From contig CAVNZM010000012.1 of assembly GCA_963693365.1 (NCBI GenBank), forward strand, positions 930,001-994,000: DNA of 64,000 nucleotides. Reading direction: 5' to 3'. The notes beneath the pieces were generated by a model that had not been told where the DNA came from, made no database searches, and saw only the letters and a list, made by a program, of their open reading frames with translations. Made by a program: the position numbers and the translations under genes. Positions 20,483 to 32,331 of this stretch are shown here, piece after piece (positions within the stretch are counted from its first letter, which is position 1; each line of letters opens with the position of its first letter). The DNA is from Amoebidium appalachense. Its lineage: Eukaryota > Protista > Ichthyosporea.

Positions 20483-22345
20483 ATGGATTCTTTCTCGGAG
20501 TCCCCATCGCCCCCGCCGGAGCGTCATTCGGGAGCATCGGCAGCAATATTTCATGGGGAAGAAACCGGCGCCACCGTTCATCAAAACACCAAATCTGACT
20601 CCCTTTTTGGCCGTCTATTTTCAATCATGGAACCACGCCGCCGACAAAGCAAGCACGAGACTGATCAAATGTCGGGACAACATACGCGTGCCTCCAGATC
20701 CCCCTGTGACGAGGTACATCTGGCGGGGTTTTCCGATTATGGCGAGGGTATATATGCAGAGCCGCCGAGGAGGGAAAACACATATGTAAAGGAGGTGGAT
20801 ATCGAAGAACAAGATGTAGTCAACTTTCTCGCTGCTATTGGCTTATCGCCCAACGGGCCGCATTCCGATGCTGCTCATAATCTCAAAGAGGCTTTCCCTC
20901 CAGTCATAAATTCGAGTGACCCACGGGTTTCTCGGGCAAAACACCGTAGCTTTAACCCTTATTATCCCAAGGATATTCGCCCTCACTCGTCTGTACACCA
21001 GGGCGGATCTGAATTGAATCGCAGATCTCTCCCCGAGAACCACGATTTCACCGCCTATTCGGATTCACGCCACCTGCAGCGGTATGACGCGTCACCGTGG
21101 CATCTTACAAACACAACGGCCGGCGAATCAGATACTTCGCCCGTGATGGAAGAAACCGGCAAACGTCGATCCCCCACGAGCCCATGGTATTTACCACGTG
21201 ATATCCACCCAATGAGAGACGAGCAGCAGCCGCTCCGGCATCCACTGCGCCCAACCTTGAGTGAAAGTTGGGGCGGTAGTGGCTTGTCCAATCAAATCCA
21301 CCCGTTCCCACGGAATACGCCGGCATCAACAGGGGCCATTCCCTTTGGTATTATCCCACCGTCCGCACATAATCGGTATTCCCCTGACGACGCAAATCCC
21401 AAAACGTTCTACCGTGGGCTTTCATTGGATCAAACACTGGACCAATCAAAATATCGGGATCGTCGCCGCGCCAGCTTCAGCGAATTACATTCCGACAATC
21501 CGTCGGCCGACCCAAGTTTTCACCGTCAGCGTGCCCATAAAGAACTTTTGCGTACTTCCAGCGAGGGGCACCCACGTTCTGGCCCCCCCGCGTCTTTGCC
21601 GAAACTCGTTTTCGACTTCCAACGATCAATGTCCCTCGCCGACCTCCCATCACGCCAAGTTTCTTCACAAGCCGATCCCACGACGCACATGGGTCATGAT
21701 TTTTGGACACCCTCTACCCGCGGCACCGTAACGCCGGGTGGAAACTTGTGTGTTGGAATTGAATCCCGTGTTGATGATTGGTTCAGAGAGAACCAATGGG
21801 GCGATTACGAGGATTTCCTTCCATTTGATTGGATGGCCCCGTCGGCGCAGATTATTCCCGAGGCGTGGTTGACCCGTCGGGCCGTACCAAAACACACCGA
21901 CGACGTCGAAATAACTAAACACCTCCCAACCAATAGGGCGGAAGGGTTAAAAACCTCGACCAATCAAACGGAGCCAACAAATACGACAACGACGCCGGTC
22001 TCATCGTGCGCGAACTTGAACGAACCACTCCAGATGGCGGGAAATATCAGCAAATCGTTTCAGTGCTCCCAGTGCACCACCACCGTCACTACCCAATGGC
22101 GTCGCGTGAAACAATCGAATGGGCGAATCAGAATTTTGTGTAATTCCTGCGGGTTGTACGAAAAGAACCACAAACGCCCTAGGCCGCCCGAACTCGGGAA
22201 ATCGCGCACGATACGCCGGCGTAAGTCCAAAAAAATGGCTGCGGCAGAGAGATCACGCAAGCCAATAGGTTTTAAGCGGCTCGCTCCGGCAGCCAATAGG
22301 GATGCGGCTTTCAAATCATCGGATAATGACACCTCCAGTGCATAA
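20483..22345 (+). CDS. GATA-type zinc-finger transcription factor (single finger, 620 aa from first ATG)
   Basis: Long non-repetitive ORF. C-terminal CSQC-TTTVTTQWRRVKQSNGRIRIL-CNSC-GLYEKNHKRPRP is followed by a basic tail (IRRRKSKK). An acceptor AG at 20458-20459 after a (CA)n tract implies upstream exon(s). Confidence 0.9.
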   Translation: MDSFSESPSPPPERHSGASAAIFHGEETGATVHQNTKSDSLFGRLFSIMEPRRRQSKHETDQMSGQHTRASRSPCDEVHLAGFSDYGEGIYAEPPRRENTYVKEVDIEEQDVVNFLAAIGLSPNGPHSDAAHNLKEAFPPVINSSDPRVSRAKHRSFNPYYPKDIRPHSSVHQGGSELNRRSLPENHDFTAYSDSRHLQRYDASPWHLTNTTAGESDTSPVMEETGKRRSPTSPWYLPRDIHPMRDEQQPLRHPLRPTLSESWGGSGLSNQIHPFPRNTPASTGAIPFGIIPPSAHNRYSPDDANPKTFYRGLSLDQTLDQSKYRDRRRASFSELHSDNPSADPSFHRQRAHKELLRTSSEGHPRSGPPASLPKLVFDFQRSMSLADLPSRQVSSQADPTTHMGHDFWTPSTRGTVTPGGNLCVGIESRVDDWFRENQWGDYEDFLPFDWMAPSAQIIPEAWLTRRAVPKHTDDVEITKHLPTNRAEGLKTSTNQTEPTNTTTTPVSSCANLNEPLQMAGNISKSFQCSQCTTTVTTQWRRVKQSNGRIRILCNSCGLYEKNHKRPRPPELGKSRTIRRRKSKKMAAAERSRKPIGFKRLAPAANRDAAFKSSDNDTSSA

Positions 22346-22535
22346 GTTAAATCATATAACGAAAATGTAGCTTAGGATTTCAATTACTTCTCTTGTAAAA
22401 TGTATGCCGGTGGTATGAGTAACGGTAATGGTGAATGCCATTCCATATTGTGTAAACACTTTTTTGTTTTTGTGCTCTGATCTCTTTTCTAATGTTCCTG
22501 TCACATGGTACTTTCATTTTTTTTTGCTTCCCGAC

Positions 22536-22743
22536 CAGGGATGTGTCGGTCACTGGCCGGGTGGGTCTCGGGCGGGTTTACGCCAAGGCCGGGTGGATCT
22601 CGGGCCGGGTCGTCTTTTTTTCGGTCCGGACCGGGTTGGTTCTTGGGTCTTGGACCATTGTGATCGGGTTGACCCGCGGGTTACCAAATGCGAAAACCTC
22701 GGGTGTTCGCCCGGACTGGCCATATACGTGTGTACATGTATTC

Positions 22744-22774
<31 letters not shown>

Positions 22775-23374
22775 CACGTGTGTGTGTGTGTGATATGCTT
22801 GCGTGCGTGCGTGCTGTGTGTGCACATGTGCTCGCGGTGTGTGTGTGGCTTTTCCACGCATGGTGTCTACATGTGAACAGACAGTGCTCGTGTGCTTGCG
22901 GCTTACTTGATTATATAGAGCTTGGTAGTGGTGACTAATTAGAGCAAACACAACGTAACGTGCACAGCAGTTACGATTGTCTCTCTCTTTTTTCTTTTTC
23001 TTTTTCTTTCTCTTTTTATACTAAAGCGCTAGCCTAGCCTCAGTACTCTACTACTGTAGCTAACTATGCCTCGGCAATGTATATACTACCATATATGGAC
23101 ATGATTAAAATACTGTATTGTTATTAGTTCACTGTGCAATCCCTGAAAACCAATTATCAATCCAAATTTACTACTTATTATGGTTAATATATCATGCTTT
23201 ACCCTGACCCGGCGGGAACTGACCGGGTCAGAGCCATCGGTCGGGCTGGGTACGGGTCTGACCCGCCGGGTCATAAAGCCGACCGGGTTTGAGCAAAAAT
23301 GCCCCGGGTCGGGGTTGGGTAACGCCGACCCGGCCGGGTTGGTTCTCGGGTCGACCCAACCCGACACATCCCTG
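22536..23374. mobile_element. Non-autonomous hAT-type DNA transposon (MITE), 839 bp
   Basis: Perfect 14-bp TIRs CAGGGATGTGTCGG...CCGACACATCCCTG. Perfect 8-bp TSD TTCCCGAC (22528-22535 and 23375-23382). Many subterminal CCGGGT/ACCCG motifs; no transposase. Confidence 0.92.
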
Positions 23375-23399
23375 TTCCCGACACCTTCTTTTCTCTAAA

Positions 23400-23436
<37 letters not shown>

Positions 23437-23951
23437 CCCCCTCCCCCCTCCCCCCCCCCCCCTCCCCCCCCCCCCCCCCCCCACACACACAAACACCACC
23501 ACCGCACGCACACGTGCACGCGCACGCGCATGCGGAGGCCTGCATCACATATATCTCTAGTTGTTAGTTTTTTTTTTTTTTTGATATGCAAGTGGCGCTA
23601 ATTTTGTACGGATTTGCTGAAAAAAATCCTTCATTTTAGTAGGACATAGACGTTCCCCGGCAAGTGTTTTTATGCTTTGAGGTTCGAAGTTAAACTGCAT
23701 GGTGACCTAACACTACAGGCATGTGCTTTTCTGTAGAATTGTGCGCATGCTCGTGTTTTTTGGGTTACTGTAATTGAAATCCAGCTCATAATAGCTTTAA
23801 TTTTCCTTTTTTTTGGCCGAGTCACGGTTCTGTAACTTAATTTTAACCCAAGGCCCGCACTGCGTGCGGCCCCACCCATGTAACATGTTGTAGCTTAGTG
23901 TAGCATGAATACGGAAGATAATTTGAGTAAATCGTCAATGTACTTGATGCC

Positions 23952-23983
<32 letters not shown>

Positions 23984-24090
23984 ATTCCCGCCCAAAAAAA
24001 CACACACACACACTCACACTCACACATCCGCGTACATATGCGCGCGCACGCACCCACACACGTGCGCACACACACACACACACACAAACA

Positions 24091-24166
<76 letters not shown>

Positions 24167-24448
24167 GCTCCACCAAACCCCTGACACCAAGCCCACCAAA
24201 TACTTCTGAACCCGATAGAACATTGCATGTAGGGTGCCAATCCTCCTCCCCCCCCCCCCCCCCCCCCCCCCCCCGGCCCAAAGGAAAAAAAAAAAAAAGA
24301 AAGAAAAAAAAAAGGAAAAAAAAAGCCGGAAACTTAAGAAAATACCACGACCGAAGAATATTTCATATTCATGGCTATCAATGATCCACATGCGCTAGAG
24401 AAGAACAAAAACGAATAACATGCAACCAACCAACCAACCCCCCTCCAG

Positions 24449-24482
<34 letters not shown>

Positions 24483-24810
24483 CCCCCCCCCTCCCCCCCC
24501 CCCCCCCCCCCCCCCCCCCTCCCCCCCCCCCTCCCCCCCCCCCCCCCCTCCCCCCCCCCCCTCGGGGCCTCCCCCTTGTGGGAAAAAAAACAATCCCAAA
24601 AAAAGTGCACACACACATGGACACTCTTGGTCTTCTAGAAGATCTGCTCCAATTCATTAGGCCATATCCATATTTTGCCTTTCTGGATGGTATCCAGACA
24701 ACTGTAGACCTTCAATTATCCCCTCCCTCCCCCCGCAAACCCCCCCAAACTCCCCCTCCCTCTCCCCCCCCAACCCAGACCCCCAACTCCCATCCCCCCC
24801 CCCCCACCCC

Positions 24811-24848
<38 letters not shown>

Positions 24849-25139
24849 CCCTCCCCCACCTCCCCCCCGTCGGTAACAGTGCAAAAAACGATCTGATGCA
24901 CAGTTTCATGTTTACCATCCAACACACAAGAAACCTCTGAAGATCGGTTCTTCTTTCTTCCTCCCTCGCTCTCCTTCATCCCTTATTATGATACGTGCGG
25001 CATGGCGGATTGATGAATTTTGGTTGGTTGGGGGAAGGGGGGAGGGGGGGGGGGGGGGGAGGGAAAGGGGGGAGGGGGGGGGGAGACGTCTCCTGAGCGC
25101 TTTTACCAATTGTACGTGTCCCCCCCCTCCCCTCCCTCC

Positions 25140-25182
<43 letters not shown>

Positions 25183-26061
25183 ACACACCCTCCTCCCCCA
25201 CCTCACCCCCACCCTCCATCCCCCTTGTCACGGGAATTCAGCTCTAATTTTCTCGCTGGGACATGTTTGTACAAGGGCGTCTCCCTAGACTCCCATGAAA
25301 GGCCGTAGTCCTGAGGAACATAGGTTTCTGGCTTTCTAGATAATTTGATCCTGTCCGTAACAAATGATACCTAACAAGAATTATGCACCAACCCAAACAT
25401 CATAAGGCTTTACAACGTCCCCTCTTATGGTCTATCCTCCCCCTCCCCCCCCCCCCCCCCCCCCGTTTTGGGGGAACTGAACGTGATTTTCTTTGACCGT
25501 CCAATGTCGACAGGCTGAGAACGAGTAAAGACGATCAGAAGGAATTGATTATCATTCGTTATACACTAACGTACACACTGAGGAAAAAAACTTGGTAAAA
25601 TTTGCTTTTTTATGGTTTTCACGATACTTGATGTAAATAAAGGTTGATAGGGATATCATCTGAGCCCAATGATATCCCGGAACTGAAATTTCATGTGACC
25701 GCCCCACTCCCCCCCCCCCCCCCCCGTTGCTCTTCTCCCTCTTCTCTCCACCATCCACATATCAACACCCCCCCATCAGCCAAATCAATGGGCACACTCT
25801 ATATCCCGGCCCACAGATCCACACAGCCACCTACCCCGTACACTTCCCTACCTACGGATTTCCTCACTCACCCACCCACCCACAAACAAATCCACTTACC
25901 CACCCACCCACCAACCTACCCACCTATTCACTCACCTACCCACACACACACACACACACCTAACCCCTACACTCCCCTACGCACCCACCCACCCAAACTC
26001 TAAACTCCTGCCTATCCACCGGCCCCCCCTGCTTGATCATTCTTCTACCTATTCTCCAAAC

Positions 26062-26109
<48 letters not shown>

Positions 26110-26229
26110 CCCCACCGGTTTACTCCCCCACCTGTTCACCCCCAACTTTTCACTCTCCCACCTATTCACTCCCCCCCCCCCCCCCCACCCTTTTCACCCC
26201 CCCACATATTCATTCCCTGCTGGCCCCCC

Positions 26230-26267
<38 letters not shown>

Positions 26268-26381
26268 TTCCCCTCCCCCCACCCCCCCCCCCCCCTTCCC
26301 CTCCCCCCCCCCCTACCTTTTTCACCCCCCCACATATTCATTCCCTGCTGGCCCCCCTCCCCCCCCCTTTCCCCTCCCCCC

Positions 26382-26415
<34 letters not shown>

Positions 26416-26478
26416 ACAACACCACCACCACACACAGACACACGCTCTCTCTCTCTCTCTCTCCCTCTCTCTCTCTCG

Positions 26479-26511
<33 letters not shown>

Positions 26512-26576
26512 CCTCTCCCTCTCTCTCCCTCTCCCTCTCCCTCTCTCCCTCTCTCCCTCTCTCCCTCTCTCCCTCT

Positions 26577-26704
<128 letters not shown>

Positions 26705-27129
26705 CCCCTCTCTCTTTCATCCGGTCACCACCAGCACTGTGACTCATACACGTTCCACAACGCTTCCCCTTTGCACCCCACCCGTTATTGCCCACCCACC
26801 CCACCCCGACGCACACACCTGCCACCCACCCCCACCTACCCAATCAACCACCCACAGGGGAGAGCTCCCCTACGCACCCGTCGTAACGCTCTCTTTTCCT
26901 TCCCCCCCCTCCATCCCCCCCTCCCTCCCCCCCCCCCCCCCCCCCCCCCCCCCTCTCCCCATTCCCCCGGGGGGGGGGGGGGGGGGATCCGGAGGGGGGG
27001 GATCGAGCAGCGAGGGCATAAATGTGAACAAGAAAAAGGGAAAACAAGCCCAAGTTCATCTATTTATCGGCAGCTACCTCCAGTCAATAACTTGCCTGCA
27101 ACGTCCCAGATTTCTTTATTATTGACGAA

Positions 27130-27310
27130 CGCTCACGTGCATCTCCATATTTGGGCATAACCAAGTTTCTGGTCACAATAGGTTAGGTGCGTCTCCGTTT
27201 ATGGGCATAACTATAAGGTTTAATTCACATATTATCACGTGCATGTCGATATTTGGGCACAGCTAAGGTTTAAATCCCAAAAGATCAGGTGCATTTCCAT
27301 ATATGGGATG
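27130..27310. repeat. Shorter paralogous copy (~4 units) of the 50-bp array
   Basis: TCACGTGCATCTCCATATTTGGGCAT-type units, preceded by a leader (27023-27130) homologous to 27993-28098. Confidence 0.85.
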
Positions 27311-27528
27311 TCACCTGAACCCTTTTGCCAATCACATGTCCATATATTTCCCCACTGACCCACTCACCCACCCACCCACCCATTTCCCGGCCCACCCACC
27401 CAACCAACCATTTTTCCACCCACCCACCCACCCACCTACTTAACCCACCCACCCACAAACCCAAAAACCCACTTACCCCCTACACCCCCCTGCCTACCAA
27501 CCCACCCACTCCTGCAGTCCTGCCCATT

Positions 27529-27564
<36 letters not shown>

Positions 27565-27612
27565 ACCTAATTACTCCCCTACCACCCACCAACCAACCGG
27601 ACCCCCACCTTG

Positions 27613-27714
<102 letters not shown>

Positions 27715-27900
27715 TTTTTCATCAGGTCATGACCAACACCTTGACGCAAACACGTCCCACACAATCTCCCCTTTTAGCCCACCCTTTATTGCCCTACCCA
27801 CCGTGACCCTGACACACCCACCTGCCCCCCCCCATCCACACAACCAACCACCCACCCGCTCCCCTACGCACCAGCCTTACCCCCCCCCCCCCCCCCCCCC

Positions 27901-27934
<34 letters not shown>

Positions 27935-28097
27935 CGGGGAGGGGGGACGGGAGGGGGGGGAGGCAGGGGGGGGAGGGGGGGGGGGGCATTGGTGTGAACA
28001 AGGAGACGAGGGAATAGACCTAAGCTCTTTTTTCTATCGGCTGCTACCTCTAGCCAATAACGTGCCTGCAACGTCCTAGTATTCTTTGTTGACGAAT

Positions 28098-28752
28098 GGT
28101 CACGTGCATATCCATATTTGGGCATAGCTAAGGTTTTGAATTACAATAGATCACGTGCATCTCCTTATTTGGGCATAGCTAAGGTTTTTAATCACAATAG
28201 ATCACGTGCATCTCCATATGTAGGCATAGCTAAGGTTTGAATCACAATAGATCACGTGGATCTCCATATTTGGACATAGCTAAGATTTTTGAATCACATT
28301 AGATCACGTGCAACTCCATATTTGGGCATAGCTAAGGTTTGAATCACAATAGATCACGTGTATCTCCATATTTGGGGATAGCTAAGGTTTGAATCACAAT
28401 AGATCACGTGCATCTCCATATTTGGGCTTAGCTAAGGGTTGAGTCACAATAGAACACGTGCATCTCCATATTTGGGCATAGCTAAGGTTTGAAATCACAA
28501 AAACAATCACGTGAATCTCCATATATGGGCATAGCTAAGGTTTCGAATCGCAAAAAATCACGTGCATTTCCAGATTTGGGCATAGCTACCGTTTGAATCA
28601 CAGGAAAATACGTTCATGTCCATTTTTGGGTAAACATTGAGGTTTGAATCACGTGGGTCTCCATATTTGCGCAAAGGTCAAGTCCATCTCGGAGTCCATA
28701 TCCGGGCATTAATAAGTTTGAATCACAATAGATCACGTGGATTTCCGTATAT
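28098..28752. repeat. ~50-bp tandem minisatellite (~13 units) with E-box + CArG motifs
   Basis: Consensus GGCATAGCTAAGGTTTGAATCACAATAGATCACGTGCATCTCCATATTTG; units degenerate toward the right end. Confidence 0.93.
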
Positions 28753-30563
28753 GAACACTGTAAGAGATTCAACCGGATTAGCTATAGGCGTGTCGACAGA
28801 TTCGGCAACCCTTCGTCCATGTATCATAACCTCCATGGTTTTTATGAGTAACTTTTAATGTTACTCTTTTTTGTGGCGCTCAGATTTTTTTCGCTTGCAT
28901 CCAAAGGCTTATATTATTTTGTAAAAATAAGTTACCTCTTTTAAGGATAAGCTCGCGCATGTAATTTTTTGGGGGGTGCTTAAGTCTAAAGTTATGATGT
29001 TTACTATGAGCGATCATGAAGAGCGCATCACACAGGCGCAGTCCAGGGCTGAACTTGAACAGCCAAAAAGCCGCTGGCGGATGATGACCATGGTGTTGCA
29101 GTGTAGTAATGTACTATAAAACACAATGTGTTCCAAGCTTGCTGGGCCTTGGTAGAACAATATATTTACTTTGTTCATAGAAAATTTCAACTCGATACGA
29201 CCATTTTCAAGGTACAAAGGCGTGGTTCTTTGATGGAGGGTGATGAGTAATCTAAAAAGTTACTCATCCTAATTGAGCCATTTTTCCCCCCCAAAAAATT
29301 CCCGGGATACCGAGATGTGTAACAATTTATGTTACTCATGCTCCATTGGGGATAATGCATGTGCCAGGATGAATCAATCAGATTTTTCTGCCGGGAAATG
29401 GAAGTCTTGCAATAATCAGACTTATAACGTCGGCTTGATTACCATATCAGGAATGAATATATTCCCCTATGAACCACTCACTGGGACGGTAATTGGTAGT
29501 AAGAGTTAGACCCAAATGGAGACAGCGGAAGACAAAGTAAAAGTGTTCTGAAGTGCAACAGTGAACGTTAAAACCTGAGGAGAAGGGGAATAGGGGACCC
29601 CCCCCCCCCCCCCCCTCCCCCTCCCGGTGCCCGCCCCTACTCCTGCCTCTTCCCCACTCACCCCTAAACACGCACACACAACACCCCTCCCCCCGCTCTT
29701 CCCGTCCACCCCCATCCCTTCCCCTCCTGCTCCTCCCCCCTCCTCCCCCCCCCTTCCCCTCCTCCCCCCCCCCCCCCCCCCCCCCCCCTCCTTCCTCCTC
29801 CCTCTCCCCCCGAATAGTTCTGGACATCGATGCTGATATTCATAGCCCCCCCCCCCCCCCCCCCTCTCCCCCCCCTCCCCCTACCCTACCCCCCCCACCC
29901 CCCTCCCCCCCTCCCCCTCCTCCCCCGGGGCCATCTCCTTAGTGAATACCATCGTCCGAATTTGGTTGGGGTTAATATATGGAAAATTACAAAGTCCGTT
30001 ACAAGTGACTCACAGCCACTCACGATCAAAGAGAGTAGTATAGGGGGACCCTGGACATGTAGGTATGGATGAATCTGCTTGTGTGAGTGTTTGCGTTGGG
30101 GTGGGGGAAGGGATGGGGGGGGGGGGGGGGGGGGGGGAGGGGGGAGGGGAGGGGGGGGGGAGCGGGAGGGGGAGGGGGGGGGAGACGGAGACGCAGTTGC
30201 CAGTGTGGGAGTGGAAACTTGGAAATGATAGGGAGGATTTAACGCTTGAATTGAGTAGCTGCTAGAGTATAAGAAGAGCATCTTATCCCCCCTAGTTTTT
30301 CCTTCTTCTTTTTCTTTTTCTTTTCTTTTCTTTTGTTTTCTCTCTCTCTCTCTCTTTTTTTTCTTTTCTTTGGGGGGGGGGGGAAGGTTTGGGATTGATG
30401 AACATTTCACTCTAATTTTACCCTGTTGGGGGTGTACTAAAGTTCAGGGAGCAAGGAGCATGGGGTGTGTGGGTGGGTGAGTGAGTGTGTGGATGGGTGT
30501 GTGTATGTGGAGGGGGAGGGAGGGAGGGAGGGAGGGAGAGAGGGATGGAGAGGGGGGGGGGGG

Positions 30564-30672
<109 letters not shown>

Positions 30673-30673
30673 G

Positions 30674-30706
<33 letters not shown>

Positions 30707-30725
30707 AGGGAGAGGAGAGGGACAA

Positions 30726-30757
<32 letters not shown>

Positions 30758-30979
30758 GGAAGGAAAAACAGAGTGGAGGGATGCGGAGAAGGGAGGAATT
30801 GGAATTCACGAGTGTGAATTACGTTTGGTTATCCCCCTAGACTCAATCGGATATTTTCTGGCCAATTTTTTTTTCCTGCATCGTTTCAAATTGAGGACTG
30901 AGCGATCATATCATTAGTTAGGGGGTACACCGGCTGGCAGTGGTGGTTTCACTACAACCATTCCGATCAATATTAGCAC

Positions 30980-31080
30980 CGAACGACGCAAGGAACGACG
31001 CAAGGCTGCCTGTACAGTCAATAAAATGAGATGATTGGTCAGCGATTTGGCTCACTAGCGGGAACGAATTCCTATAAAGA
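30980..31080 (+). promoter_or_regulatory. Orphan promoter-like module
   Basis: Tandem GAACGACGCAAG x2, GATTGG, TATAAA at ~31073, then a donor-like GAG|GTGCAT at ~31119. No downstream coding exon recognised. Confidence 0.25.
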
Positions 31081-31256
31081 TCACATCAAAACAATCCCGT
31101 GGTATAATTGAATCTGAGGTGCATACCCTGCAAAGACCGTCGTGATTTACTCTAATTGAAGTAGTTATCAAAAGAAATTGATGGGGTAGTGCTGGTATTG
31201 GGTGGGCTTGGCACCCTCAGTTTCAAACAAAGATTCTCCGGGCAGCTCTCTCTCCC

Positions 31257-31293
<37 letters not shown>

Positions 31294-31408
31294 TTCCCTC
31301 CCTCCCTCCCCCTCTCTCCCTCCCCTATCTGTCTCTCTCTCTTTCCCTCTCTGTTTCTCTCTCCCTCTATCTCTCTAACTACCTACCTATCTCTCCCCCT
31401 CCCTCCCT

Positions 31409-31510
<102 letters not shown>

Positions 31511-31667
31511 TATATATACTTATCTTTCCCTCAGAGTCCCCCCCCCCCTCTCTCTCTCTCTCGTACACACACACTCAGAGAATCTCTCTCACCCCCTCTC
31601 CCCACCCTTCTTTCTCGCATGCTCTCTTGCTGGGTGTGTCTGTGAATCTGGCCCAGGAGTATGTACA

Positions 31668-31710
<43 letters not shown>

Positions 31711-31714
31711 GCGT

Positions 31715-31769
<55 letters not shown>

Positions 31770-31770
31770 T

Positions 31771-31809
<39 letters not shown>

Positions 31810-32331
31810 TGGTGTGTGTGTGTGTGTGTGTCTGTGTGTGTGTCTGTGTGTGTGTGGGTGGGTGGGTGTGTGGGTGGGTGGGTGGGTGCGGGCGCGCATA
31901 TCCGTTGTGCATGTGTCTGTGGAGTGCTTGCTTGAACACCTTAATTTTAGAACACCAACCACAATGAGTGTGCATTTTATGTGTGCATGTACGAGTCATT
32001 ATGAGTAAACGAAATGATTACCTGTTGTATCCATTGTAACAGAGTCCACGGTCCTTTGGATATGGTAACTTGGCATCAAATGTGAGATTCGGTTTATTGT
32101 TCATACATTATTTTTACATTTTCGAGATGCAGTGGCTTGATGCACAGCACCCACCACACAATTTAAAAATGAAGGCCTTACTTTTCAACGTGACATACAC
32201 TCCACAGTGATGGTGTGATATTAAAATAACTAAAATGCACATCCGAAGTTTAAATCGGTACCGTTTGCCTTTTTTGTATATACAACCCAAATCGCGCCAC
32301 TTCAAACAAACCCCCCCTTTCCCTAAAATTT

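Noticed and set aside
28098-28752. CRISPR-like array with leader
   Set aside because: The units are contiguous ~50-bp repeats with no unique spacers, there are no cas genes, and the context is eukaryotic.
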